A model generated the notes under the pieces. That model made no database searches. It was not told the DNA's origin and worked only from the letters and a program-made list of their open reading frames with translations. A DNA stretch of 64,000 nucleotides, taken from positions 317 to 64,316 of the forward strand of contig DATFCQ010000051.1 in the NCBI GenBank assembly GCA_035252905.1, written 5' to 3'. Positions 1 to 8,751 of this stretch are shown in pieces. Position 1 is the stretch's first letter; the number at the start of each line of letters is the position of its first letter. A program made the position numbers and the translations under genes. Source of the stretch: Stellaceae bacterium. GTDB lineage: Bacteria > Pseudomonadota > Alphaproteobacteria > ATCC43930 > CGMCC-115725.

Positions 1-367
1 GTGCCCGCGCCGCGCGCCGGCGGACCCAGCATTCGAGAAACAGAGGTTCGGCGATAAACAGCAGCAGGGTGAACAGGAGCCAGACCAGAACCATTGCATC
101 GAGCCACCAATAGGCCGCCGACGCAAAGCCCGCCCATAGGCCGAGCCGATCGACCATGTAGAAGCCGCTCGCCCCGACGAGCAGTGTCGCAATGCGGGCC
201 TGCCGGGCAAAGCGGCGCTCGACCGCCGCAAACAGGGCGAACGGATTGCTGCCGTCCGGGTCGCGCCGGATCGCCGGCAACAGCGCGGTGGTCACCATCG
301 ACACGCCGCCGATCCAGAGCACGACGGCGAGCACATGGATCACAAGAGCAATCGCAAAGTCGTTCAT
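1..367 (-). CDS. integral membrane protein of unknown function (partial; C-terminus lies beyond window start)
   Basis: My own reverse translation from ATG at 367-365 gives MNDFAIALVIHVLAVVLWIGGVSMVTTALLPAIRRDPDG... It stays open to position 1 (122 codons), has strong GC3 bias and several hydrophobic helices. It is missing from the ORF track only because it runs off the edge. It is divergent from the norB-like gene. Confidence 0.5.
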   Translation of the reverse strand, partial: MNDFAIALVIHVLAVVLWIGGVSMVTTALLPAIRRDPDGSNPFALFAAVERRFARQARIATLLVGASGFYMVDRLGLWAGFASAAYWWLDAMVLVWLLFTLLLFIAEPLFLECWVRRRAARA

Positions 368-553
368 CCTCAGCACCTCGGCCGCACCCGGCCGCTGTCG
401 CCACCGATCCCGGCGACGGACATTGCCGGATCCGCCGCGGTCGCGGCTTGATTTGGGTCAATGCTTGACCCTCTCCCGCCGCCGATCTTTCGGCCGATCG
501 ATGCGGAAGAGGCTGAGCCCGGCCGCCGCACGTGCCCACGGCAGAGGTCGGTG

Positions 554-2914
554 ATGCTGCAAATATCAGAAAGAACCGTCGCACTCGAACCGGGGACGGC
601 CGAACGGACCGGCGAGGACCCGGTCGGCAATGTGCTCAAATGGGTTCTGCTCGCAGTCGCGGTCGTCACTTTTGCGGTCCTCGGCTGGACCACTCTCGTC
701 ACGTACCGCGAGGCGCCGCCCCTGCCCGACCGCTTTGTCGCGCCGGACGGCTCGATCCTGATGACGCAAGCCGATATCATTGCCGGCAAGGCCGGGTTCC
801 AGAAGGCCGATCTGATGGATTACGGCAGCCTCTACGGCATGGGTTCCTATTTCGGCGAGGATTACACCGCCGCCACATTGGTCCGCCTTGCCGCTCTAAC
901 CGAACAGAACATCGCCCGGCTGGAGGACGGCAAGCCGCTGGCGCGACTGACGGCCGAGCGGCGGGATGCGGTCGCGGCGGCTATGCGGGCCGAATTGCAG
1001 GGCGTCGATCTGAGCCGGCGCAGTGCGACGGTTCCCGCTCCGCTGGCCATGGCGATCGCCGACCGCCGCGGCGAACTCGTCCATTTTTTGCTGCATCACG
1101 ACTTCGCCAGGGGATGGACCCAGGCCTATAGCCTCGACCAGACGAGCGCCCAAGAGACCGCCGATTTCCTGATCTATTCGGCACTGACGACGGTGGCGCG
1201 GCGCCCCGGCACCAACGTGTCGTGGACGCAGAACTGGCCCTATGAGCCGCTCGTCGGCAACACCCCGACTACCAGCACCTTCTCCTGGACCTGGATCAGC
1301 TTCTGCTTCACCTTTTTCGCCTTCGGTGCGGTCCTGTTCGTGTACGAGCGCTATCTGAACGGTCCCGACCAGGCGCCGATGGATCCGGTTCTGGCGCGGT
1401 TTCGCGCCCTGACCCCAAGCCAGCGCCGGGTCGGCAAGTACTTCCTGGTCGTCGCTGCGGTATTGCTGTTGCAGATCCTCGCCGGCTCGATCATGGCGCA
1501 TTATTATTCCGAGCGGACGAGCTTTTACGGCCTCCCGGTCGACCGCTTTCTGCCGTTCAATTTTCTGCGCGACGTGCACATCCAGGCGCCGATCGTGTGG
1601 ATCGGCCTGTCCTGGATTGGCGCGGCGCTGTTTCTCGCTCCGGCGATCAGCGGGCGCGAGGCGAAAGGCCAGGGCTTTCTGGTCGACGTGCTGTTCTGGG
1701 TGACGCTGCTGATCGTCGCCGGAGCGCTCGCCGGCAATTACCTCGGCATCATGGGCACTATCCGGCACGGCTGGTTCTGGTTCGGCAACCAGGGCCTCTC
1801 CTACATCCAGCTCGGCCGGGCCTGGCAGATCGGGTTTTTTGGCGGCTTGGCCATCTGGAGCGCGCTCGTCTTCCGCGCCTTGTGGCCGACCCGCGCCGCT
1901 CTATGGGATGCGACCCGCCGGTTCTGGACCGGGCGAATCCGTCTCGAACATCTGATCTGGGCGTCAACGGTCAACATCGCATTGCTCTACGCCTGCGGCA
2001 TGATCCCGCTGACCGGGATCGAGAAATCCTTCACGATCAGCGATTTCTGGCGCTGGTGGGTGGTGCATCTGTGGGTCGAGCAGTCCTTCGAGTTCTTCGC
2101 CGCGGCGATCAGCGCCTATCTGTTGATGGCGGTCGGGCTGGTGTCGCGCCGGCTCGCTGAGCGCTCGGTCTATCTCGAACTGATCCTGATCTTTCTGGGC
2201 GGCGTGCTCGGCACCGGCCACCATCTCTACTGGGCCGGCGCGCCCGGCCTGTGGGTTCCGCTCGACACGATGTTCTCGTTCATCGAGGTTCTGCCTCTGG
2301 TATTGCTGGTCATCGAGGCGATCCAGCAGCGCCGGCTGATCAAGTCCGCCGGCGAATTCAAATACGGCCTCGCCTACACCTACATCACCGGCTCCGCGTT
2401 CTGGAATTTCGTCGGGGCCGGCGTATTCGGCGGCGGCACATTGAACGCCCCGCTTGTCAACTACTACGAGCACGGGACGTTCCTGACCTTGAACCACGCC
2501 CATACCGCGCTGTTCGGCGCGTTTGGCCTACTTGGGCTCGGCCTCGTTTATTTCTGCCTGCGCTACGTCGCGGGCGAGCAGCATCCTTTTGGCGAGAGGC
2601 TCGGCCTCGCCGCCTTCTGGCTCTACAACGTCGGACTCGTATTGTGGATCGCATTCAATTTCTTCCCGATCGGCTGGCCGCAACTGGCCGCGGTCTACGA
2701 GCACGGGTTCGCCTATGCGCGCAGCAGCGCGTTCTACGATACGACCACCTTCTGGCAGTGGATGCGCTTTCCCGGCGATGTCGTATTCGCGTTGGGGGCG
2801 CTGCTGATGGCGTGGGATTTCGTGGCGAAGCTGCGCCCGCTGCTCCCGGCTTTTGCCGAGCGGTTGATCGGCGGAAGCCGGGCGATGTCGCGGACTGTGC
2901 GGGGAGCGCCATGA
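554..2914 (+). CDS. norB: nitric-oxide reductase large subunit, single-subunit qNOR type (haem-copper oxidase superfamily)
   Basis: ORF 461..2914. It has an N-terminal TM helix plus soluble domain followed by a polytopic core. The histidine motifs GTGHHLYWAG and LNHAHTALFGAFG are typical of NorB/NorZ. I moved the start to ATG 554, which has GAGG about 6 nt upstream. Confidence 0.8.
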   Translation: MLQISERTVALEPGTAERTGEDPVGNVLKWVLLAVAVVTFAVLGWTTLVTYREAPPLPDRFVAPDGSILMTQADIIAGKAGFQKADLMDYGSLYGMGSYFGEDYTAATLVRLAALTEQNIARLEDGKPLARLTAERRDAVAAAMRAELQGVDLSRRSATVPAPLAMAIADRRGELVHFLLHHDFARGWTQAYSLDQTSAQETADFLIYSALTTVARRPGTNVSWTQNWPYEPLVGNTPTTSTFSWTWISFCFTFFAFGAVLFVYERYLNGPDQAPMDPVLARFRALTPSQRRVGKYFLVVAAVLLLQILAGSIMAHYYSERTSFYGLPVDRFLPFNFLRDVHIQAPIVWIGLSWIGAALFLAPAISGREAKGQGFLVDVLFWVTLLIVAGALAGNYLGIMGTIRHGWFWFGNQGLSYIQLGRAWQIGFFGGLAIWSALVFRALWPTRAALWDATRRFWTGRIRLEHLIWASTVNIALLYACGMIPLTGIEKSFTISDFWRWWVVHLWVEQSFEFFAAAISAYLLMAVGLVSRRLAERSVYLELILIFLGGVLGTGHHLYWAGAPGLWVPLDTMFSFIEVLPLVLLVIEAIQQRRLIKSAGEFKYGLAYTYITGSAFWNFVGAGVFGGGTLNAPLVNYYEHGTFLTLNHAHTALFGAFGLLGLGLVYFCLRYVAGEQHPFGERLGLAAFWLYNVGLVLWIAFNFFPIGWPQLAAVYEHGFAYARSSAFYDTTTFWQWMRFPGDVVFALGALLMAWDFVAKLRPLLPAFAERLIGGSRAMSRTVRGAP

Positions 2915-3121
2915 GCATCGCCCCTTGCGAAGCGAGCGCACCGGCCCGCATCGGCCTTTCTGACCCGGGGCTTCCGCCTGCTCTTTCTCGCTGCCGGTGT
3001 GGGCAGCGGCAAAGAGGCGTCATCCGTCCCCCGACGCGGGGCGGTGCGCGAAGCGGCCGAGGTTAGGAACCGGCCCGGTCTTCCTCTATAATGGGGCAGC
3101 CCGGAACAGAGGAGTTGGGCG

Positions 3122-4327
3122 ATGGACCTGCGTTTCACCGCAGCCGAGCTGGCGCTTCGTGACGAGATCAGAGCCTTCATCCGGGACCGTCTGCCGGACG
3201 ACATCCGCGAGCGGATGCGGCTCGGCTACGCACCGCGCAAGGAGGACACGGTCCGGTGGCAGCGCATTCTCAACGAGCGCGGCTGGGCGGCCTTCAACTG
3301 GCCCAGGGATTACGGCGGACCCGGCTGGACGCCGGTCGAGCGCATGATCTTTCTCGAAGAGAACCAATTGGCGCCGGCCCCGGAGGTCTCGTCGTTCAAC
3401 ATCACGATGATCGGCCCGGTGCTGATCCAATTCGGCACCGAGGAGCAAAAGCGTCGCTTTCTGCCGCGCGCCGCCAACATCGACGACTGGTGGTGCCAGG
3501 GTTTCTCCGAGCCGGGTGCGGGGTCCGACCTCGCCGCGCTGAAGACCGCGGCCAAGCGGGAGGGCGATCACTACGTCGTCAACGGCCAGAAGATCTGGAC
3601 CTCGACGGCGCATCACGCCGATTGGTGCTTTTGCCTGGTGCGCACCGATCCCGCGGCGAAAAAGCGGCAGGAGGGCATCTCCTTTCTGCTGATCGACATG
3701 AAGACGCCGGGCATCACGGTCCGACCGATCGTCTCGATCGACGGCAGCCATCACCTGAACGAAGTTTTCTTCGATGACGTCCGGGTGCCGGTCGCGATGC
3801 GCGTCGGCGAGGAGAACCGCGGCTGGGATGTCGCCAAATACCTGCTCGGTCACGAACGCACCGGCATCGCGCGGCTCGGCAAGTCGAAAGAGCGGGTTAC
3901 ATTCGCCCGGGAGAAAGCGCGCGAGGTGCGCGCCAACGGCAGACCGTTGATCGAAGACCCGGCCTTCCGCTTGCGTGTCGCGCAACTGGAGGTCGACATC
4001 AAGGCGCTTGAGATCACCCAGTTCCGCGTCGTCTCCGATTACGCAAAGAAAGAGGCAGGCAAGCCCGATCCGCTGTCCTCGGCGCTGAAGATCAAGGGGA
4101 CGGAACTCTTGCAGGCGACCACCGAGCTGGCGATGGATGTCGGCGGGCCGCTGGCGATGCCCGATTGGGCGCAGGAGTTGGAGGCGCTCAGCAACGAGCC
4201 GGAACTCGGCCCCGCCTGGGCGAGCGAAGCGACCAAGAGCTATCTGTTTCTGCGCGCCGCCTCGATTTACGGCGGAACCAACGAAATCCAGAAGAACATC
4301 TTGACCAAGGCGGTGCTGGGGCTCTGA
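3122..4327 (+). CDS. acyl-CoA dehydrogenase family protein
   Basis: 401-aa ORF with typical ACAD layout: MDLRFTAAELALRDEIRAFI..., WWCQGFSEPGAGSDLAAL, and C-terminal IYGGTNEIQKNIL. Confidence 0.9.
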   Translation: MDLRFTAAELALRDEIRAFIRDRLPDDIRERMRLGYAPRKEDTVRWQRILNERGWAAFNWPRDYGGPGWTPVERMIFLEENQLAPAPEVSSFNITMIGPVLIQFGTEEQKRRFLPRAANIDDWWCQGFSEPGAGSDLAALKTAAKREGDHYVVNGQKIWTSTAHHADWCFCLVRTDPAAKKRQEGISFLLIDMKTPGITVRPIVSIDGSHHLNEVFFDDVRVPVAMRVGEENRGWDVAKYLLGHERTGIARLGKSKERVTFAREKAREVRANGRPLIEDPAFRLRVAQLEVDIKALEITQFRVVSDYAKKEAGKPDPLSSALKIKGTELLQATTELAMDVGGPLAMPDWAQELEALSNEPELGPAWASEATKSYLFLRAASIYGGTNEIQKNILTKAVLGL

Positions 4328-5463
4328 TGAATTTCGATCTAAGCGACGAGCAGCGCCTGCTGCGCGATGCCGTCGACCGGCTGCTCGCCGACCATTACGG
4401 CTTTGCCCAGCGGCGCTCCTACCTCGCCGAGCCGGAAGGCTGGAGCAAATCCTTATGGTCGCGCTATGCCGAACAGGGCCTCCTCGGCCTGCCCTTTGCC
4501 GAGGAATATGGCGGCTTTGGCGGCGGCGCCATCGAGACCATGCTGGTCATGGAGGCGTTCGGCCGCGTCCTGGCCCTCGAACCCTATCTGGCGACCGTCG
4601 TATTGAGCGGCACCGCGCTCAGCCTGGCAGGCAGCGAAGCGCAGAAATCCGCGATCCTGCCGCCGGTGGCCGAAGGCCGGATGACCTTGGCCTTCGCCCA
4701 CGGCGAGCGCCAGGCGCGCTATGATCTGACCGACGTGTTGACGACGGCGAGACCCACCGCCGGCGGCTGGGTCCTCGACGGAGCCAAGAGCGTCGTGGCG
4801 CATGGCGGCGGCGCCGATCGGCTGATCGTCAGCGCGCGCATCGCGGGCGAGCGCGACGACCCCGACGGCATCGGCCTGTTTCTGGTCGATGCGGAGGCGA
4901 ACGGCCTCGCCCGCCGCTCCTACCCGATGCGCGACGGCACGCAGGCGGCGGAGATCGCGCTCCACGCGGTCGAGGTCGCCCGCGACGATCTGCTGGGCGA
5001 GCCCGGCGCGGCGTTGCCGATCATCGAGCGGGTGGTCGAGGCGGGCATCGCGGCGAGTTCGGCGGAGGCGATCGGGGCGATGGAGGCGATGCACGCGATG
5101 ACCCTCGAATACTTGAAGACGCGCCAGCAGTTCGGCAAGCCGATCGGCCAGAACCAAGCCTTGCAGCACCGCGCGGCGGAGATGTTGATCGCCCTGGAAG
5201 AGGGCCGCAGCATGGCGATGCTCGCGGCGATGATGGTCGAGGAGCCCGACCCGGCGGAGCGGGCCCGCAACATCGCCATGGCCAAGATCGGCGTCGGCCA
5301 GGCGAGCCGCTTTGTCGCGCAGAATGCGATCCAATTGCACGGCGGCATCGGCATGACCGAGGAATACGCGGTGGGCCATTACTTCCGGCGCGTCATGGTG
5401 ATCGAGCACATGTTCGGCGACCCCACCTACCATCTGTCGCGCCTTGCCGAACAGGTACAATAG
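4327..5463 (+). CDS. acyl-CoA dehydrogenase family protein (partner subunit)
   Basis: Within ORF 4165..5463. The start ATG 4327 overlaps the upstream stop (ATGA). MNFDLSDEQRLLRDAVDRLL... and QLHGGIGMTEEYAVGHYFRR are ACAD-like. Confidence 0.88.
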   Translation: MNFDLSDEQRLLRDAVDRLLADHYGFAQRRSYLAEPEGWSKSLWSRYAEQGLLGLPFAEEYGGFGGGAIETMLVMEAFGRVLALEPYLATVVLSGTALSLAGSEAQKSAILPPVAEGRMTLAFAHGERQARYDLTDVLTTARPTAGGWVLDGAKSVVAHGGGADRLIVSARIAGERDDPDGIGLFLVDAEANGLARRSYPMRDGTQAAEIALHAVEVARDDLLGEPGAALPIIERVVEAGIAASSAEAIGAMEAMHAMTLEYLKTRQQFGKPIGQNQALQHRAAEMLIALEEGRSMAMLAAMMVEEPDPAERARNIAMAKIGVGQASRFVAQNAIQLHGGIGMTEEYAVGHYFRRVMVIEHMFGDPTYHLSRLAEQVQ

Positions 5464-5485
5464 ACTTCTGAACAGGAGAGGAAAA

Positions 5486-5875
5486 ATGAGTGTCGAGCTC
5501 AACCACACGATCATCCGGGTCAAGGACAAATGGGCTTCGGCCAAGTTCCTCGCCGCGATCCTGGACCTGGAAGCGGGACCGGAATGGGGTCACTTCGTGC
5601 CGGTTCGCACCGGCAACGGGGTCACGCTCGACTTTTCCGATTCTGCGGATTTCAGTCCCCAGCACTACGCCTTTCTGGTCAGCGAAGCGGAATTTGACGC
5701 CGCGCTCGCGCGCATTCGCGCCCAGGGCGTCCGGCATTATGCGACCCCGCGCCGCGAGCGGCCCGGCGAAATCAATCACCGCTACGGCGGCCGCGGAGTC
5801 TATTTCGACGACCCGAACGGTCACCTGCTCGAACTGATCACCCAGCCCTACGGTCCGACCCCCGAGGGCGGCTAG
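5486..5875 (+). CDS. VOC (glyoxalase/bleomycin-resistance/dioxygenase) family protein
   Basis: Within ORF 5444..5875. ATG 5486 is preceded by GGAGAGG. MSVELNHTIIRVKD...HYAFLVSEAEFD...DPNGHLLELI is a VOC-fold pattern. Confidence 0.8.
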   Translation: MSVELNHTIIRVKDKWASAKFLAAILDLEAGPEWGHFVPVRTGNGVTLDFSDSADFSPQHYAFLVSEAEFDAALARIRAQGVRHYATPRRERPGEINHRYGGRGVYFDDPNGHLLELITQPYGPTPEGG

Positions 5876-5878
5876 GCA

Positions 5879-5966
5879 GCGGAATGCGCTGCGCTTTTCC
5901 GCCCTACAACGACAACGTCCTCCACAAGCATGGAGCGTAGGGCGGAATAGCGGAGCGTATTCCGCC
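5879..5966. repeat. REP-like palindromic intergenic element, copy 1 (two inverted arms)
   Basis: Arm GCGGAATGCGCTGCGCTTTTCCGCCCTAC (5879-5907) and inverted arm GTAGGGCGGAATAGCGGAGCGTATTCCGCC (5937-5966). Each arm is itself a GGCGGAA...TTCCGCC hairpin. The same family recurs at 10231, 13364, 16797, 29926 and 35835. Confidence 0.85.
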
Positions 5967-6007
5967 AACTTCGCAGCACGACGACTTAAGCAGGCTCTGA
6001 GCGCGCA

Positions 6008-7807
6008 TTATCCGGACAGCACCGGCAATTCGACAAACGAAGGCGTCTCCTCGGCGTGGTGGATCGTGTTGGTCGCGACCCGGATATCGGCGTCGGTGTC
6101 GTCTGCCAATATCTTGTGGCCGCTGTTCGTATTGCGGGCGCGGTGCGGGAAGTTGCTGCTGGTGACGTCGATCTCGATCCGGCTGCCGGCGCGCAAGGTG
6201 TGGCAGATGTCGCCGAGCGCGACGGTCAGCGGATAGGTCCGGCCGGGCACAAGCGGCCGCGCCTCGCGCGGCGAATCCCGGTATAGCGCGCGCATGACGC
6301 CGTCCATCAGCAGCATCGCGGTTCCGTCCGGGTGGCGCTCGACCAGTTTGGCGACGAAATCCGTATCGGGGCAGTCGGAGGCGACGGAAAGATGGACATG
6401 CACCGGGCCGGCGATCGTCAGGTCGCGGGGCAAAGGCTCGCCGCTGTAGACGAGACCATAATCCGGTAACGCCCGCACCGGGCGCTGGTCGCGCGGCCCG
6501 GAATCGATCAGCATGTTGCGCCCGCCAAGGCTCGGGACCGGACGGCGCGGATCATATCGGTAACGCCGCGCCGCGCCGCCCGGCCCGACTGCAAGGCTGC
6601 CGTCGCCGCACAGGTAGAGGCGGCGCGGTGCGACCCCGGGAGGCGGCCAGGTTGCGGCGTGCACCCAGTCGTCGGCGACATAGAGGGTGCGATCCGAGGC
6701 CCAGGCGCGCGGCGAGTAGAATACCGCCGGCTCGTCGACAATGGCGGCGGGCACGTCCTGCAGCCAATGGCCGAACCATTCGAAATAGGGGTCGCGCGGC
6801 CAGAAATTGTCGGCATAAACGAAATAGTGCTCGTTTGGGCCGATCCACAGTTTCTGATGGCCGACGCGCCCCTGGATATCCTGGAACGCCGCGACGACGC
6901 TGGTCTGGAAAATGTCGAACCAGGTCGTGACGTGAAAGCCGGGGATCGCGATCGTCTTCCGGAAATTATGCGCGGCGCGGAACGCGTCGGCCTCGGGATG
7001 GGTGATGATCTCGTCGAGAAAGGGCTGCCCGATCGCAAAGTCCGGGTATCCCGAGAGCGGCAGCCGCATCCAGTCGGGCGAGCCGATAAAGGGCGGATCG
7101 GCCTCCCGCGCCCGGTCGAGCCTTGTGTAGCGCGCCGCTGCCGCGGCGGCCGCCCGCTCCAATTCCGCCGGGCCGATCCCGAACCGCTGCATGACCGCCG
7201 CGCGATGCGAAGCCGACAGGCCGGGGATGTTGCGGGCAACCCACAGCCATAGCCGTTCCATCTCGATCGACTGGCCCTCATAGACGACATCGTCGTAGAT
7301 GCTCGACCCGCCCGCCTGGGCAAAGAAGGCGCAGAGGCTCGGGTGACGGGTCGAGGCGGCGGCCAGGGCAGTCGTGGCGCCGGCGGAGGAGCCGGAGACG
7401 CCGACGCGATGGTTGGTCCAGGGCTGCGCCGCAATCCATTCCAATGTGTCCCATCCGTCCGCGGCGTCATCGGCATAGACGCGGTCCTCGCCCTCGGAAG
7501 CGTGGCGGCCGCGGGTATCCTGATAGACCGCGGCATAGCCGTGCGCGACGATGGCGCGCCAGCCGCGCAGGATCGAGCCGCGCATCGGCTCCTCGGCGCT
7601 CGGCAGCCAGGCCCGCGTGCAGTCGGTCTTGTCGCGCGCGTCGGCGGCGGCGATGCCGTAGGGCGTGCGCTGCAGGATGACCGGCCAGCGCGGCCCGCCC
7701 GCCTGCGGCAGGAATACGAAGGTATTGAGACGCACCCCGTCGTGCATCGCCACCATCGCCTGAAAGCAGTGTCCGCCGTCGAGAGCAAATTCAGTGGGCA
7801 TGGTCAA
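6008..7807 (-). CDS. CocE/NonD family hydrolase (X-Pro dipeptidyl-peptidase S15-like alpha/beta hydrolase)
   Basis: 599-aa ORF. VRLNTFVFLPQAGGPRWPVILQRTPYG, VYQDTRGRHASEG and GVSGSSAGATT (nucleophile elbow) are characteristic, as is the long C-terminal beta-domain. Confidence 0.85.
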   Translation of the reverse strand: MTMPTEFALDGGHCFQAMVAMHDGVRLNTFVFLPQAGGPRWPVILQRTPYGIAAADARDKTDCTRAWLPSAEEPMRGSILRGWRAIVAHGYAAVYQDTRGRHASEGEDRVYADDAADGWDTLEWIAAQPWTNHRVGVSGSSAGATTALAAASTRHPSLCAFFAQAGGSSIYDDVVYEGQSIEMERLWLWVARNIPGLSASHRAAVMQRFGIGPAELERAAAAAAARYTRLDRAREADPPFIGSPDWMRLPLSGYPDFAIGQPFLDEIITHPEADAFRAAHNFRKTIAIPGFHVTTWFDIFQTSVVAAFQDIQGRVGHQKLWIGPNEHYFVYADNFWPRDPYFEWFGHWLQDVPAAIVDEPAVFYSPRAWASDRTLYVADDWVHAATWPPPGVAPRRLYLCGDGSLAVGPGGAARRYRYDPRRPVPSLGGRNMLIDSGPRDQRPVRALPDYGLVYSGEPLPRDLTIAGPVHVHLSVASDCPDTDFVAKLVERHPDGTAMLLMDGVMRALYRDSPREARPLVPGRTYPLTVALGDICHTLRAGSRIEIDVTSSNFPHRARNTNSGHKILADDTDADIRVATNTIHHAEETPSFVELPVLSG

Positions 7808-8025
7808 TCTCCCCCTGCACGGGCGGCGTGAAGATATTCCAGAATGCTCGTATTACCACGGCCGGTATTTTACCAGTGAGGCGGTGAGACAGTGAGGAAG
7901 AGTTTTCGCGCGGCCCCTTCGACAAGCTCAGGAGGTGCACAACATCTTCTTCTTATTGCCTCACCGTCTCATTGTGACATTATCGTTTGCCGCATGTGGA
8001 AGGCATCAACCCCCGCTTGCTCCGC

Positions 8026-8751
8026 TCACGCCAAAGTCAGTAGCCGTCCATAGCCGGCGACCGGCTCTCGCACGCCGACCTCGCGCAAGGCGTGCCACAT
8101 CATCGCCGAGGCGCTCGACAGGACCGGCTTTCCAAGATCCCGCTCAAGCGCTGCGAGCACCGGCACGGTCGGCATCCCGGTGCCGGAGAGGAAGACCGCC
8201 TCGGCCTCCTCGGCATCGACCGCGCGCGCGAGGCGATAGGCCCGTTCGGCGGTTTCGTCGTAGATATTGGTGACGCCTTTCAGATTGTCGCAGCGGACGA
8301 CGCGGAACCCGTGCGCTTCAAGATGCGCCTTCCCCTTCTGGGTCGTCTCCGCCGAATAGGGCGCGCCGAGCGCCAGCCGCTCGACCCCGAGCCGCCGCAA
8401 GGCCCGCACGACCGCTCCGAAAGCGGTGACGACGCGGGTTCCGGTCGATTTCTGCAAACGCGCAAGGAGGTCGGCTTCGCCCTGCCGGCCGAGGTCATAG
8501 CTCGTCGCGGTATGCGCCAATACGATGATGTCGGGCTTGACCAGGGCCAGCATCTCGACGCAGGGGTCGATCGTGTCGACCATCATGCGGGTGCGCTCGC
8601 TCTGCCCGGCGAGCGAACCGGGCACGCCGCGCGCGATCATGCGGTTGAAGTGCAAGGATACGCCGGGCGGCGCCAGCGCGATCATCTCCGGCTCCACGGT
8701 CGGATTGCCGGGCGGCAGCAGAAAGCCCAGCCTTGCTCTCCATCCGATCAT
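8026..8751 (-). CDS. maleate cis-trans isomerase / arylmalonate decarboxylase-type Asp/Glu racemase superfamily protein
   Basis: 241-aa ORF. N-terminus RLGFLLPPGNPTVEPE and later IVLAHTATSY / FLSGTGMPT match the family. ATG 8751 is preceded by GGAGGA. Confidence 0.8.
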   Translation of the reverse strand: MIGWRARLGFLLPPGNPTVEPEMIALAPPGVSLHFNRMIARGVPGSLAGQSERTRMMVDTIDPCVEMLALVKPDIIVLAHTATSYDLGRQGEADLLARLQKSTGTRVVTAFGAVVRALRRLGVERLALGAPYSAETTQKGKAHLEAHGFRVVRCDNLKGVTNIYDETAERAYRLARAVDAEEAEAVFLSGTGMPTVPVLAALERDLGKPVLSSASAMMWHALREVGVREPVAGYGRLLTLA

